DNA of 64,000 nt from positions 186,001 to 250,000 of the forward strand of contig NW_026859620.1 of assembly GCF_026571515.1 (NCBI RefSeq), read 5' to 3'. Below the pieces are notes generated by a model, which made no database searches, was not told where the DNA came from, and worked only from the letters and a program-made list of their open reading frames with translations. Position 1 is the stretch's first letter. Each line of letters opens with the position of its first letter. Positions 1 to 14,150 of the stretch are shown piece by piece. The stretch comes from Ruditapes philippinarum. Lineage: Eukaryota. The translations under genes were made by a program, and so were the position numbers.

Positions 1-2129
1 CTAATGCACTTTCTCCGAAGTAAATAATTGCGTTTCGTGCACGACTACCTTTCTAAGATGTCGTCTGCTTTATGACGCAAATGACATTGATTGTTCAGAA
101 AGTACATCTAGTGAGTCTCAGGAATTCTTATGCTCTCCACGTTGATATTTAGAACGAACAGGCAGCTCTTACACTTATGTCAGTTTCAAACCGAGCCCTG
201 CATCATTTTCAGATTTGTTGTTTTGAGCGTTCGTTGGGGATTCCGTTTATTCTTAATTTAATATTCACTAGGCTTACAATTTTAAAAAAGAGATCTTATA
301 AAGAGAAAAATAATTATAAAACCACCGTAGAATTTAACGTTTATTGGAGATAATAATAGGTGAAAATAAAGGTTTGACTATGCTTCTGAAGAAAAACACC
401 ACTGTTACATGTTATAATTATGTTTTTTCTTTTTCTTGGAAAATGCACTTTTCGCGGTACTATTTATATATAAATATGTGAATTATTGGAACGGTTTTGC
501 TTCTATCTATGTACTATAAGCGTTATCTTAAATTGAATCGGCCGCGTTATGATCGGAGCAATCGACCACTTCACGCCGCTGCACTCGTCATATGTATTCT
601 TGGGCGGTTGCTATTTACAATGGGATCTTCAAGTTTGTTGACAAAATTAGTCACTTAGCGTATTGGATATAGTTTTGTGTTTAATGGTATTAAAGATCTT
701 GGCACATGCAGTATTTGGTAAACCATGAGGACATCAAATCGTCGCTGGAAGATGTCACAATATAGGAAAACAGTCCACGGAAATAGTATCTACAAGTGTT
801 GTCTCCGCCCACATATAACCGCAAGAAGTCCTCTTTACTTGAAAAATCGTTTGTGAACTTAAGTTTCGCATTCCTTGAAATTAAATTGTCATAGTTTATT
901 AGTCATAGCGGTAAATAATGTATGGACTTATAATAATGTTCAACATTTCCTTCACTACAGCTTTAAATATAGGTTTTCTATGAAATTTTATAAAATAATT
1001 TTTACAGATTTACTTTTATAAAGAGTTGTTTTGTTCATTATACTTTCAGATCAGAACGAGCTATAGATAATAATTACGTTTATCAATAAGCCAAAAATAG
1101 CAGTTAAATTGCTTATTGGGGATTTTTGTTTACACTTTTCAATAATTTTACGAGTCTGTATGAAAAAAAAGAAGAAAAAATAGAAAATTGATATTTAATC
1201 CCCTCCTTTCAATGCAAAAGACTATTGAAATATTTGAATTTTCAAAAGTACGATCGCAGTTCAATTAAATAGTAAACTATTAAAGATATTTACTCATCAA
1301 AAATATGTTGCCCCCTGCTTTTCAATCTTTTAAATAACGTGGTAACTTGAATTTAAAATTACCATTAAATCTATTTTAAAAAAGCCTTGAATCATTGTGA
1401 CACATTTTTATGACCGCGACGTGTCTTTATTTTTAATAGTAAACATTATTTTAATGTATTTTTGTATTTTATACAATGTTTAATATTAGATCTATTATGA
1501 TATTTTATATAATTGGCAGGCTTAAAGCTCGTGTAAAGGGTTTAATGTTATATATTTATCATTCTTATTCTTTTTTATCTTTATTTAAGCACACTGTACG
1601 CAATAATTACCTACTGCGTGAAAAATGTGTAATTTTAACCCTCTGAAAAAGCTATGCATACGTTGTGCGTTATTTTAAAGAAGTATAATAAATTACAAAT
1701 AAAAACATGTATTATTGAATCACCCAAATGTTCGTACGTTTATGCTTACTCAACGCAGCGTGGTAAATATTAAAGTGGTTTTATATATTATACCAGTGGG
1801 TGTTAAAAATAGAAATTTTATTTGTTCAAATATATTTACATGGGGTCTTGATTGATCTTTATCGGCGCTGCACTATTTATTTAAACTTCCCATTCAGTAT
1901 GAACAGAGTAATTTATTACTGCTATTAAATTGTTCATATCAGCCTGGTATTATTAGATAAGCTATATTTTTAGGCTCAAAAATGACATGTCAGTTCCTAT
2001 TTTAAAACAGCTGTAAAATATATTACTTATATTTTATTAAAGAACAACATTGTTTTCACTCTTGGTTTGACACTCCTTTTAAAAGTAGAAATATGCGGTG
2101 TGTATGTAGAAAAAAAACGATAAAGCGAG

Positions 2130-2320
2130 CGTCTGAATGCAATGACATACTTGTCATTGTTGGACGTGAATGGCCCGAATCCATATTTATCTGGCGGTAA
2201 TCAAATCGTGACGTCACGAAGTACTTGGCAAGCTGACAAGAGGCGGATTTCGTCGTCTGCTCAAGTTATTCCTAGTGCATGTTGGCATTCGAGTGTTCAT
2301 CCAATATAGCTCAGTTGTAT
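2130..2320 (+). promoter_or_regulatory. Putative IRF2BP promoter
   Basis: CpG-rich stretch 240-430 bp upstream of the ATG. Contains a perfect 14-bp palindrome TCGTGACGTCACGA (2206-2219) with a full CRE core TGACGTCA, and an Inr-like TCAGTT at 2311. The TSS is not directly observable. Confidence 0.5.
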
Positions 2321-2556
2321 TTTCGCGATCAGTGAGAAACGCACGTTTGGGATTTTAGCGGGAATCGAATGACTGCACAAGAAATTATTTAGAGGAAATT
2401 ATGCACTTGAACAAGTGTTAACTGTTAAAATATGTGATTGATCGAAGATCATTAAGACTGAAAATTAGACCGATATTTTGGATTGTGTATATTTATTTGG
2501 GTTGTCTTATAATCGATTTTATGAAAACATTAAGTAAGAAGATACATTGGTAGAAA

Positions 2557-4338
2557 ATGTCGATGACACATCGGTCGCAGAGACAGCAATGTTATTTATG
2601 TGACTTGCCCCGTATGCCATGGGCCATGGTGCAGGATTTTTCAGAGCCCGTGTGCAGGGGATGTGTTAATTATGAAGGTGCCGACAGGATCGAAATGGTT
2701 TTAGATCTTGCCAGACAAATGAAAAGGGCCACGGGATTTCAAGATTCCCGTGGTCCCATTAAACCCGGGCACCATGGACCTATGCCTCCGCATCCTAGAA
2801 ACCCACATGACCATCCAGGGACCATGGAACCGCCAAGAAATCATCCGGGTTCAGTGCATGGAGAAAGGTTTGAAAGATCTCGTATGGTTCCGGAATTTAA
2901 TGGAATGCCACAAAGTATGATGCAGAATGGTGGACCTATTTCAAACCACATTGGTCGGGACGACCCGAAATCAGACATGCATAGATCTGCGCACAACGTA
3001 CCGGTGTCGCGTAGTGTTGGCTATCCACCCGGGTACCATCCATCAGTACATGGACCTTTAATGAACGGACCACCACCGGGTCACAGTATTACTCAAGGCC
3101 GGCCGGTAAATCCGGCCGTGAAAGACGACGAAGACAGTTCGAATCCCAGTGGGGACGAACTTTGGAAACGTAGATCTCCTGACGATAAAAGACCACCAAA
3201 TGTTCGTGAAAACTTGTCAATTCTTGCGACAATTGTTCCATTTGAAACAAGATATAAAAAGGATCATACTGTGTGTGGTCGTGTTATAGGATTTGATGTA
3301 CAATCTAAAGCAGGGAATGAGTATGAATTAAAAGTGTTTACGGAATACCCGATGGGCTCAGGTAATGTCTTTCCTAATATAGCTGCAGTTTCTAAACAAA
3401 TGTCAAACGATGCTTCTAAAGACCCGTCTCGTAACGCGCCCTCTCCCGGATTCAAATATCTGGAATATGAAATGAAACACGGGTCAGGTGATTGGAGATC
3501 TCTGTCTGAACTTTTAACAGAAAATGTTCGAAACTTTAAGGAACCATTAAAAAAGGAACTGTTACCAACCTTGTATATAAACACTAGTTTACCACCTGTA
3601 CCCAGTGCAAGTATGTATCGAATCCCCATGGGTCGCGGAGGTCCTGCACCAAGAGCTTATCCGGACTCGGCGGGAAGAAAGCGGAAAGGAACGCCTGATC
3701 CGGAAACGGAACAAAATGAACAAAATAAGAGACAATGGTATCCGAATCATTCCGAAGCTATGAAAATGAGCGGTTACCCTCAAAATAATGCTTCACCAAT
3801 GGGAAATCATGCCCCCAGTCCTCCTAATAGCGGCTCGGTGCCTGGACCCTCGGGACAAAATGGACCATCACCTATGGCGGCATTAATGAATGTCACAGAC
3901 AATTTATCGGGCTCATCCCCGCCCGGTCGGGAAATGAGCGCGAGGTTGCCAATTAATGGTCGTCACAACATTCATACACCATCATCAAATTTTGCACGAG
4001 CACCCCGTTCAGTAAGTGAGCCTTGTATGGGCGGATCATTATCTGAAGGAGGTACCAGCGCGGAATCTTTAAAATGTACCATTTGTCAAGAGAGACTAGA
4101 AGACACGCACTTTGTTCAGTGTCCGTCTGTTGGCGATCACAAATTTTGTTTCCCTTGCTCTAGAAACAGTATTAAAATGCAAGGGGCCGGGACTGAAGTG
4201 TATTGCCCTAGTGGTAAAAAGTGTCCCCTGGTAGGGTCAAGCGTTCCGTGGGCATTTATGCAAGGTGAAATCGCGACCATATTAGGGGAGGATTATAACA
4301 CAAAAGAGCCAAAGATTAAAAAAGAACGTGATTCGTGA
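2557..4338 (+). CDS. IRF2BPL: Interferon regulatory factor 2-binding protein family member (IRF2BPL/IRF2BP1-like), intronless CDS, 593 aa
   Basis: N-terminal IRF2BP zinc finger ([16 protein letters not shown]...[15 protein letters not shown]). C-terminal C3HC4 RING ([57 protein letters not shown]). Central block [29 protein letters not shown] as in IRF2BPL/IRF2BP1, NLS-like GRKRK, SPMAAL motif and C-terminal IKKERD. An invertebrate gene is expected to be co-orthologous to all three vertebrate paralogues. Confidence 0.97.
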   Translation: MSMTHRSQRQQCYLCDLPRMPWAMVQDFSEPVCRGCVNYEGADRIEMVLDLARQMKRATGFQDSRGPIKPGHHGPMPPHPRNPHDHPGTMEPPRNHPGSVHGERFERSRMVPEFNGMPQSMMQNGGPISNHIGRDDPKSDMHRSAHNVPVSRSVGYPPGYHPSVHGPLMNGPPPGHSITQGRPVNPAVKDDEDSSNPSGDELWKRRSPDDKRPPNVRENLSILATIVPFETRYKKDHTVCGRVIGFDVQSKAGNEYELKVFTEYPMGSGNVFPNIAAVSKQMSNDASKDPSRNAPSPGFKYLEYEMKHGSGDWRSLSELLTENVRNFKEPLKKELLPTLYINTSLPPVPSASMYRIPMGRGGPAPRAYPDSAGRKRKGTPDPETEQNEQNKRQWYPNHSEAMKMSGYPQNNASPMGNHAPSPPNSGSVPGPSGQNGPSPMAALMNVTDNLSGSSPPGREMSARLPINGRHNIHTPSSNFARAPRSVSEPCMGGSLSEGGTSAESLKCTICQERLEDTHFVQCPSVGDHKFCFPCSRNSIKMQGAGTEVYCPSGKKCPLVGSSVPWAFMQGEIATILGEDYNTKEPKIKKERDS

Positions 4339-5574
4339 CTTGAATATATATGGAAATTATATGAACATGTGTGCTAACATTTTGGATACTTTAACATCGT
4401 TGCGGTAGACTTCTGAAAAAATTGTTGAAAACTTGAGAGAAAAAAAAAATACAAATTTGACAAAGCTATTAAGAATCTTTTAATGTTATAATGTGTTGGT
4501 GCATGTAAATCTTTATTTTAAAAGGTACAGTTGGGCATGTCCTTAAAACGTTTAGCGAGAGATGTACATGTTAAAAGATACCGGTTTATTCTTCATTCTT
4601 ACAAAACTTCCGACATCTCTTGGTTTATATCGACTGACGCTATTTTCATAGCGTTTCTTGGAGCTAATTAACGACACGCATGCAGAATGACACACATTTC
4701 TTTTTTTCCACGTAAGATCTAGGTCATGCTTAGAAGTATATGTGATATTCCATTTATCTTAATCATGTTTAATCAAGAAAATGTTGATATTTTCTTACGA
4801 TTCCTAGCACCAGCATTATTTTTTTCTAGCTAAATGATACATTTACAGCTCTACAAAAGACGGTAATGTGTGGCTTGAAACATTGCAGTATCGATCGGGG
4901 TTTCTCGTGTTTCAATTAATATAGGAACTTTAGTAAATTAAGAAGAAACCAGGCTAAATATATGACCATATATGTATGTAGTACTGTTTTATGTTAAATT
5001 AACCGCTTTAATGGAAAAAATTGACCGTATGCATAAAATCAGAGAGAGAAAAGAAAGTAATGAATGATTTACGTCGCCTAAAGATTTATTGTTGATTTCT
5101 ATATTTTGATATTTTTTGTGGCCATTTTAACTTAACGTGAACTGCCACAATGCGTTTATTTAAGAAAACAAACGTTCTCTTGTTTTTGTATCGTTTTAAT
5201 ACATTCGGCCGGAAAATCGCTTTTAATTTATATATTAAGACTAATTTCCACTCACTATTTTGTTTATTTATGGTAATACATGTAAAACAATATTTGAAAT
5301 TTTCGCAATACATGTACTTTAATGTCAGTGAGTTTATAGCGATTTTATATACCAATTTTTTTTCTACCAAACTAAAGTATACAGTTTAATAATTTTAAAA
5401 TTTTAACTCGTGTTAATAATAACTATTGTCTGAATTGTTTTGATTTATCATTATATAATGTGCTATTGTTATGATACTGTTTTTTTTTAGCTTTTTGTTG
5501 ATGATCGTATCTTACTGGAAGCTTATGTCTGTTACAATTTATTACTGTTTTTTTTTTTTTCTTTTAAAAATGTA

Positions 5575-5580
5575 AATAAA
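5575..5580 (+). terminator. Probable IRF2BP polyadenylation signal AATAAA (3' UTR about 1.25 kb)
   Basis: AATAAA preceded by TGTA and U-rich tracts and followed by a GT/T-rich downstream element (about 5594-5620). Confidence 0.5.
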
Positions 5581-5720
5581 TATGTTAAAAACACTGTTTT
5601 CGTCATTATTTTGTTTATCAGCTAGTTTTTAATGTATTTTATTACCAAAGGTATCAATTAATTCTCCTGTATTAGAATTAAGTACAATTTTCTTTATTTG
5701 CGATTGAACTACATGTACTA

Positions 5721-5900
5721 TACTCTTAACGTGCTAAATATCTTAAATGGACTTGACCATCTTTCAATCTGGACGAGACCATTGATGATTTGTTAGGGAG
5801 AAATACAAAAATGAGTACGATCAGTGTAGACAGTGATCAGACGATTCAAATGCGCTTGCAAATGGTTCATTGGTAGATCCGGTTGCCGCTAAAAGGTTAA
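5721..5900 (+). mobile_element. Dispersed ~200-bp MITE-like family (TAAAATGGACTTGTCCA core), decayed copy
   Basis: Related copies at about 34839-35036, 36362-36590, 51570-51787 and 55748-55890 (+), and 37897-38562 and 63743-63949 (-). Several ends resemble TTAACC..GGTTAA. Confidence 0.55.
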
Positions 5901-8900
5901 AATATCAATAACAATAACAACATCAAAATTAAAAACTATATGGCTATAAAAATGTCGCTTCTGTAATAGTTTTAGTTATTGATATAAAAGGATATAAAAT
6001 ATGCATAGCAAATTCACAGCGTACGTTTATATGCTGATACCTAAATTAAACCAGAGAACTTGGACGATAGTTTAAGGGTACAGAAAAATTGGGTCCAAGG
6101 ACTGACCTTTTTATTCGGCCATATATCATGTTAAGGCGCCTATATTATAACTAGTAACGTTGCTATTTACTTCAAAATATCGCGTGTGACAATTTAATCC
6201 GCAGTAAACACAGGGTAACTGAGTCAAAATGAATTATTTCTTCACGCTCCGTGCTCAAAATGTCTTTATTTTTCTCCCAATTTCAAAACTTTTAACATTT
6301 AATTTCACCACAATATTTTATTTTCATCACGTTCGAATAACGCAATTTCTGTATTATAACTCTTGAGATGAAGTTTATGTTAATGAATGTTTGCTTCTCT
6401 GATATGTGGACCGAATGTTTAATTCGGCAGAATAGAAATCAGTCACGTTCCGTTTAAACAGAGTGTGTCATATCTAAAGCCTGTGCCAATATTGGTCTCA
6501 AGTATTAGACACCCGGTCACGTAACGGCGTGTGCCGTATCTTGATTAAAGCTAATAATGTGTGTGACTTTGGATTTTCTGCACCCCTTTTAAAAACGTCT
6601 TTCGGTACTTTATAACATGCGATATCTGAAGGGGGTATAAATCACTCGAAATGCACGCCCGAGCCGTCCCTACCTCTTGTACTATATTATTTATTCAGAG
6701 TATGATTGAGTAATGTAAATGTAAGCGATTCTTCTACTAAACTACTCAACCAAATAAGTGTGATTCTCGGGTAGGTTCAAATTTGAATAGCTTATGAAAT
6801 GAATATAAGAAAAATGCACTTTATCTGTACTTTTCGTATACGCACTTTAACGTATTTAAAATGTTTGATATTGCAATAATATACCCCACACCGCTTTGTA
6901 AGGCGGTGTTAAGGTGGTGAGGATTTAAATCAGTACAGAAAATTTCTGAATGTTTTAAGTGTTATTGACATATTTGTTATGGCATAACTTACTTTGGGTA
7001 TATAACGAAAATATTTCATAATCAGCGAGTTTATTGATACGCATTTTTAGGGCACTGAAATATTTACGGAAATCAGGTCAGCGGATCGATTCAACTATTA
7101 TCAAAGAAGATTGACTTTTTCAACATCTATGCTTATTGCTTAACGCTATTTCGGCCTACTTAATTATAGTTAAAAATATTTCACAAAGTGAGAGAAAGAA
7201 AGAAATACGTCTTAATGTGTATTTTTGCAAAAGTGAAAATATAATGTATATTATACTTCAACATTAATTTACACATTTAGTGTATTTGCAGTTATTCAAA
7301 ATATACCATCAAACTACTATATAGTACAATGTATTTAAAATAGACATAATTTGAGAGTACATGTTCGTGATAATAAATCATCAGTCATGGTTACTTATAG
7401 TATATGACCTTAGATAAATAAGATTAGTACCTATTAAGTACTAACTAAACAAGAAATACTTAAGTACTATGCAATGTTTGCTTTTGGTTGATCCGCCGCT
7501 GTTTAGGACTAAGTAAGTGAATAGTTCGGCAGTAATGCACCGTCACGCGATGAAAATCCGTTGCACTCTTGTATGAAAACGTAATAATAATTCTCTTACC
7601 CCTATAGGCAAGTTCTCTTGTTTTAAATCAGAAGATTATATCATTTTTCCACTCTGTCATCAAAAGAGGGCCTCTTCCTTCCTGTGATCATTGTCGTTTT
7701 GTGTTGGTTTTTTTGGTCGCATTGGGGAAAAGAAAGGAAGAAAATTGTAATATCGTTTCTATAAATGTAAGTGGAATCACTATAAGCTGTATGGAATGAC
7801 TTATTACTCTTTCTTTGCGAGGCAATGCTATCGAATAAAACGTCTGCTTTTGCAATATGTTCTTGCAGACGTTTCTCGGTGTAAGCTATGAGCTGATATC
7901 CGTTTGCATTTCCCATATAGACAGTAATTATCATATTTACCTGTTGTAAATGCTTTGTTTAAATACATTGATAATTCAGTGTGAAAGAGGCGTGATTATC
8001 ATAGTCACTGTTATTTACCATAAATCACGTCAAGAGATCTGGAACTTCCAGCGAATTATAACAAAATATTTATATTATTGGACATTTGTTGACCTAAAAA
8101 CACGTGCATTACTTAATTTTAGGACAAACTTTTCGCATTTCAAGCACCCGTTCAAAAGTCTTATTAAATATCTAATATTATTTCTAACATATACAATATA
8201 AATATATTCTGCAATGATAGCACACTTTCACTTTGATTTTGACTTACGTATTGCATATTTCAAGGGTCACGGAATAGTATACATTAAAGTGGGTCACAGT
8301 TTGAACCACAGACTGCACGGATTTACAGGTCACCCGAGTCCACAACATTTGGAATATATACGATCCTGTCATTCCTGGACCGGAATTTTTATATGTAAAC
8401 ACATAATAAGAATAGCTGTGGTTTGTGTGAACGGTGTCCTTTTCCGGCATTTTGTTCAGATGCCCTTGTCATAGTTATCAATCTTGCATACGTAAACTGA
8501 AGGAGGTATGCCGGACGCCTGTGGGCACAACAAAAGCGACTAATTGATGGTCATTTAATGCACTTTGTCTTTTTATTTCTGACATGACTTTGATTGCCAT
8601 ATTTTATACAGACCAGTGATTTATTATAGTATCAGTCTCAAAATGTAAATATTATGATTGTGTCAAATGCATGTAGGGCAGACCAAAAACGTCGCAGGTT
8701 TTGTCTTAATTGTTGGTTATTAACGTCCTTTTGCGTGGTTTCTTTGTTGCTTTGCATTGCGAAAAAAAATGCTGACTAAGCAAATTTGCACGTGTGACGT
8801 TCGAGTAGCGCTTTATTCGGATAGTAAATTTTTATCTGTTTTTTTTAATGTTTTTTTTCCAGGATCAATCGTTTCTTTTAGCACGTACCTTGAGATCTTA

Positions 8901-9967
8901 ACTTACGTTCACAGCTTTCAATCATTTTGTTGCTGTTTTCCATCTTTCACTCTACTTCACGCAGCTCAGTGAAAATTTATGAGTTCGCATCAACCTTGGA
9001 ATACTAAATTACCAATAATGCTATTTTAATCGGAAATCGATTTGTCATTGTTGTTTATACGGCGACATTATCATATTTCTGTTATATTTTGCTCGATCAT
9101 TGCTAATATAAGAGGTGCTATAGATTTTTGCACTGCGTGGGGTGACCGGTTCTTTGGTATTGGAGACGAAACTATTTCAGAATATTTCCACAACGCTTTC
9201 TGTTCGAGATTGCTTAATTCCTAGACCCGTTTTACTCGCTGATAAACCGATTACGGAAAATAGGAGATAAACGATTTTGTATTATCATACCTTTGTTAAA
9301 GTCTCGTGCTGTGAAGTCAGGCAACCCGTCTTTTGATATCACTGTCTTTCCTAAATTGTAACTCGTCACGCGAGGGTCACGTACCCTGTTTATATATACC
9401 CGTATCTTATACAGGATTATGAGATATTGTGAATTTTAAACATTTTACTTTAGATTAGACTTGCACGATATTGCATACCTGCGTATTATTTGAGTATGTT
9501 ACAAAAATAACATTTTGGCAGACGACAATTTGGAGATTACGCTGCACAAAATAGAGCCAACTGAAATGATATGACATTAAATTACTGCATTTTTAAATAT
9601 AGGTCTTCAAAATAAGTTCAACCGAAAACCGAAATAGTTTACATTTAATTACCTATTTTGACAACTTATTGAAACTAAAGATTGCCGCATTTGTAGACGG
9701 TGGAGGGTAGGGGGGTATACCCGGCACGCGTCGACCAACATCGCCTACATGCCCATTTTTCTATGTATTTTTATTTGATTTTTTGTTTTGTTTTTAAAGA
9801 AGTTCATATCAATGGCATGAACCGTATGTTAACTCGCTTATAGCCATTGCTATGCTATTAAATATCATGATATTATATCTAATACAACAACAAACAAATA
9901 AAAATAATACACAATACCCGGATGCACACCGTATCTTAAACATCAATGATATTGTACAGCAATAATT

Positions 9968-10202
9968 GAGCCGTGTCATGACAAAACCAACGTAATGCGT
10001 TTGCGACCAGCATGGATCCAGACCAGCCTGCGCATCCGCGCAGACTGATCAGGATCCATGCTGTTCGCTCACAAACCCTATTACAAGTAGAGAAACTGAT
10101 AGCGAACAGCATGGATCCTGATCAGACTGCGCGGATGCGCAGGCTGGTCTGGATCCATGCTGGTCGCAAACCCATTATGTTGGTTTTGTCATGACGCGGC
10201 TC
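9968..10202. mobile_element. 235-bp foldback MITE, copy 1 (GAG...CTC termini, 4-bp TSD; Sola-like by inference)
   Basis: Terminal inverted repeats of about 100 bp. Flanked by AATT (9964-9967) and AATT (10203-10206). Confidence 0.85.
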
Positions 10203-13200
10203 AATTTTGCAAATTAACATACTGCACCTGGCTGCATGAAGAAATAGGTTTGAATTACTTTGTGTAACGTGTCAGTGTTGAAACATTTAAGCATTTATTC
10301 CAATTATTCAAGTTTTATTGTAAATATAAACGCAATGGTTCATGCTTAAATTACGGGGAATGATTTGAACTCATAAGGTGACCAGCCTGCTCAAATCACG
10401 TGTCAAGGTCTTAATGAATTCTTGACATGGACCGCAAACATTTATTATTGTAATAGCCGAAGAAATTATTCGGCTGTTAACTATAGATGTGTAAATTAGC
10501 AAGGCTTAAATAAGCTAGTTGTTGAAGGGGCATACAATACCACGCTACAATACCACGCATTGTATTAGAAAAAAAATACACATTTGTTTTTAGGTTCATC
10601 GGGTGCGACATTTTTTTTACGGGATAGGGAAAATTGGTTTTACACCGTAAGCTTTTCGCGTCTTTTTATTACTTAATTATTAGTACATCTTTTGGCAAGT
10701 GGTTTTTACTTATGGTTGTTTTGTGATGAATCCGCGGTAATGTATTAGGAAATACGTTGAATAGTATCAAACAGAAGTTGTTGCTTTCATCATGAAGAAA
10801 AAAAAGTATCGTGGGAGTAACACACAAAGTGGAAGTTAATATAGCACGTGCAGTTACGCACGTGTAGAACTGCATACGAGTTTTCACGAATCTAATGTGA
10901 AACAAGACAGAAACTTCTATACGTTGTCAAAAAGTGAGCGATTCTGCAAATCGTCGAATACTTTTGTATGGTGTATATGGAGAAAAATAATCCTTAGAAT
11001 CAGAACACACCTCGTGCCCAATTCGTAAAAAAAAACACATACATTGTAATAACTGACATTATACAAAACGACATCCTTAGTACATGTTTCCTATATATTT
11101 AGTTGAAACGAAACGGAACAGTCAGTCTTGTGATTTTTTGAGATTTATAACCATTAGCAAGCTATTATGTTGTAGATGGAAAATGTATGTGACTGCACGA
11201 TCTTGTAAGTGGATACATTGTTCACAGATGAAATGACGAACGCAATTTCCGGAAAATAATAGAGCAAAAGCTATGTTTTTAGAATCTTGCAAGTTTTTCC
11301 AAGACCATTAATCTGCCTCATGTATGCGTCAAGTGGTGTATGTACCCCGGCTGATATTAAATAATAGGTGATTGTTTTGAACCGGAAGTAGTGATATTTG
11401 GTTCGTAAAAATCGTACACCGCGAAATTCTACAATTGATATTTTATTCAACAATCAAAAGAAAGCTCCTTGAATGAAATATTGTTACGATAATATGTCAT
11501 TTATTAGGGTTTCTGTGTCCACAGCTCATATCTTTCCGGTCAACATCACTTCCGGTACGCGCCATGTTTATCCAAGCGTCTGTATGCCATGATGAGTGTT
11601 CTTCTGCTTCCCTATTCTCATTGACATGTCAGGTTATGCAAATTAAGAAGCTTATCATTCAAAACCTTTGTGACAATGTAGGGCATGAAATGAATTTGTG
11701 GAACGCGTTTCCTTGTTGCGTAAGTCGGCTATGAATATGTATGAATTATTATTGACTTAAGCTTAGAGACTTGACTAGTTTGTCACTGACTGTTATTTAC
11801 ATTTTCTTTACTGCTTATTTATTATCCCCCATAAAGTATAATACTGTATTAAGTGTGTCAGAAAGTTGGTAGCTGGCCAGACCGCCTTTGATTTGTTACT
11901 ATTCGCTCTCGGTGGGGTCTGAATCCGCTGATATGAACGCTCGAAAAAAAAATATATAGATGTAGATTTATAAAAGTACGTGTGCTATGCCATTCATTTA
12001 AGATTCGATTGAAACAAAATTCGAAAAGAGTACCGTAACCTTTGATTTTCGTGCGAATATAAGGACATTATGTATAAACGTACTTGCCCTCAAATATTTT
12101 AGATATGTATGCGCAAAAGATAAAATGTTTTCAAACTTCAAAATAAGAGTTTGTTAACATCAGGGCTATTTGATCTGTTTGCGTTAAAATATATAAACGG
12201 AAATACCGAGAACGCTAGGGAAAAGTTGAATTTGGTTTCTGAAGGTCACGAGTTTTGGGACAGAAAGATAAATGTCTCATTCAGATAGCTTCACAAAATA
12301 ATGTTTCTAGGTTATTTATAGAATTACAAAGTATTATTGAATAACCTTATTTCTGTTTATTGATGTTTTGCTCTATAAGTACTGGTTAGTTATTGTGGCG
12401 AAAGATGTGTTAGGTTTTAAAAATGTTTATTATTTTTTTTAATGTCAATAAAAACGTGCATGCTGCATGGTACGCCCACGTGGATACCGGAAACTGTTCT
12501 CGTTAAGAGCTTAATGAAAGTCGGTTTTTGGTCTTAATAATTATATGTGCACGTTAGCGTTTTATTTGCACCCGAAATTCGAATAAGATTGTTTATCGAT
12601 TAATTTATATTTATAGTAATATAGATAAAATCTCTAACTAGTCGTATATATACTATTATAATTATGTAAATATATACATATGTTTTAATTTTAGTTTTAC
12701 TTAGTATCAGATACTATTTAAAACAAAGTACAAATTAAATCAAATTATTTGCATGGTTAGTTTGAGTTTTAACTTCATATATCTCATGTTGACTACTTTT
12801 TACAGTTTCAAGGTCACGTGTGCACTCAGACTTTTCTAATCCACCTATTTAGTGTAAGGTATTTTCACACAGTTTTTTACTACATTATCTGTTGAATTAA
12901 AGCGACATTATGAATGATACTCGACGGTTTCGACGCCTTACTACACTCATGAAAAGTACTTAAACCCTGGGCTGCTCTTTAGGAACGCCACAGGGTTCTC
13001 TGTATACGGTGTACCTTTTCGCTACTTATGACGTCTTTGCGCATCTTAAACGCCTCCGTTTCCAGGTTACTCGGTTTTCGTTGATAATTCACATTTATAG
13101 GGAAAATTAAGAATCCATGTTCACCAAGGAGATTTTGAATGATGACCAGATAAAAAGTGGCAATCGTGGGATATCTTAAGTCGGAACAATTTTTGCGATA

Positions 13201-13771
13201 AACCATACCACAAATGGAAAAGCTTTCAGGCCTCGTTTACATAATTATAAAGTTTGCTCTAAAACTTTGCAAAAAATATATAATAATAGTAAGAAAGAAA
13301 AATGCCGATTTTTATGACAAGAAGAAGAAAATCAGTAATTGTCGAGTGTTGTTATGATTCTGGTTATGAAACACGCGGATGCTTTAGTTTACACATTTTT
13401 TTATTTGTAATCCCTTTCATGTACATAATTATAATTTACTGATTGAGTAGGAAGCTTAATTAAAATACTTTTTTTAAATTATAAACCTCTCTCCCCTCTA
13501 AGCTTTAAATACTTTTCAATACTACTTTTCCACGAATTTATTACGAATTTATTCCATACCAAATGTAAACGCAGCCTAACATTTGTCCATGTATGTTTGT
13601 ATTCCATTGTTTGGACAATCTGATCCCTGAATGTGTGAAGTGTTGCCTGGACACCGTCTCCAATCAGTGATAGGCGTTTCTATAATATCCTACCAAGATA
13701 TGGCCTCTCATAAAGGAATGATAAATATCGTCCAGAATCCGTCAATAATCATGTCACAAATTAGTTAATAG

Positions 13772-14150
13772 AGGCTGCCAACTTTACAAATTTGAATCGT
13801 CTGAAAGAAAACTTTAAAAGTTCAGCAGCCTAACATTTACATATCATGATATTGAAAATAAGCATGTAATGATCTAGGGAAGTGCTTATAATGCATTACC
13901 GACCAATTCCATGTTTGTTATACTGTTCGTTTTCTTTAGGCTGCCAATTTCAAAAAGTTCGAATCGTCTGGATTCAGCATCTTAAAATATAAAAATCCTG
14001 ATGTTGAAAATAAGCGTGTAATGATTTAAGGAAGTGCATTTCCGACCGATTTGTTTGTAATAGTACTCGTTTTCTTTAGGCTGTCCCTTAAGGCTGCTAG
14101 GCTACCAACTTAAGGTTGCTATACTGCCAACTTTAGGCTGATAGGCCTCT
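13772..14150. repeat. Diverged local tandem duplication (~165 and ~140 bp) followed by short AGGCTG repeats
   Basis: GGCTGCCAA..GAATCGTCTG..TTGAAAATAAGC..GGAAGTGC..CGTTTTCTTTAGGCTG occurs twice. Confidence 0.7.

Noticed and set aside
2521-2540. GTAAG donor-like site in the IRF2BP leader that could splice in frame to the alternative TALPID3 acceptor at 27460
   Set aside because: Phase compatibility is a one-in-three coincidence and the exonic context (TAA|GT) is weak; there is no support without transcripts.
3264-3783. Minus-strand ORFs (121 and 64 aa) overlapping IRF2BP
   Set aside because: Antisense shadows of a real CDS with no recognisable domain.
10012-10194. 60-aa ORF MDPDQPAHPRRLIRIHAVR (and its counterpart at 35897-36088)
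   Set aside because: Lies wholly within the palindromic MITE; a typical spurious repeat-derived ORF.
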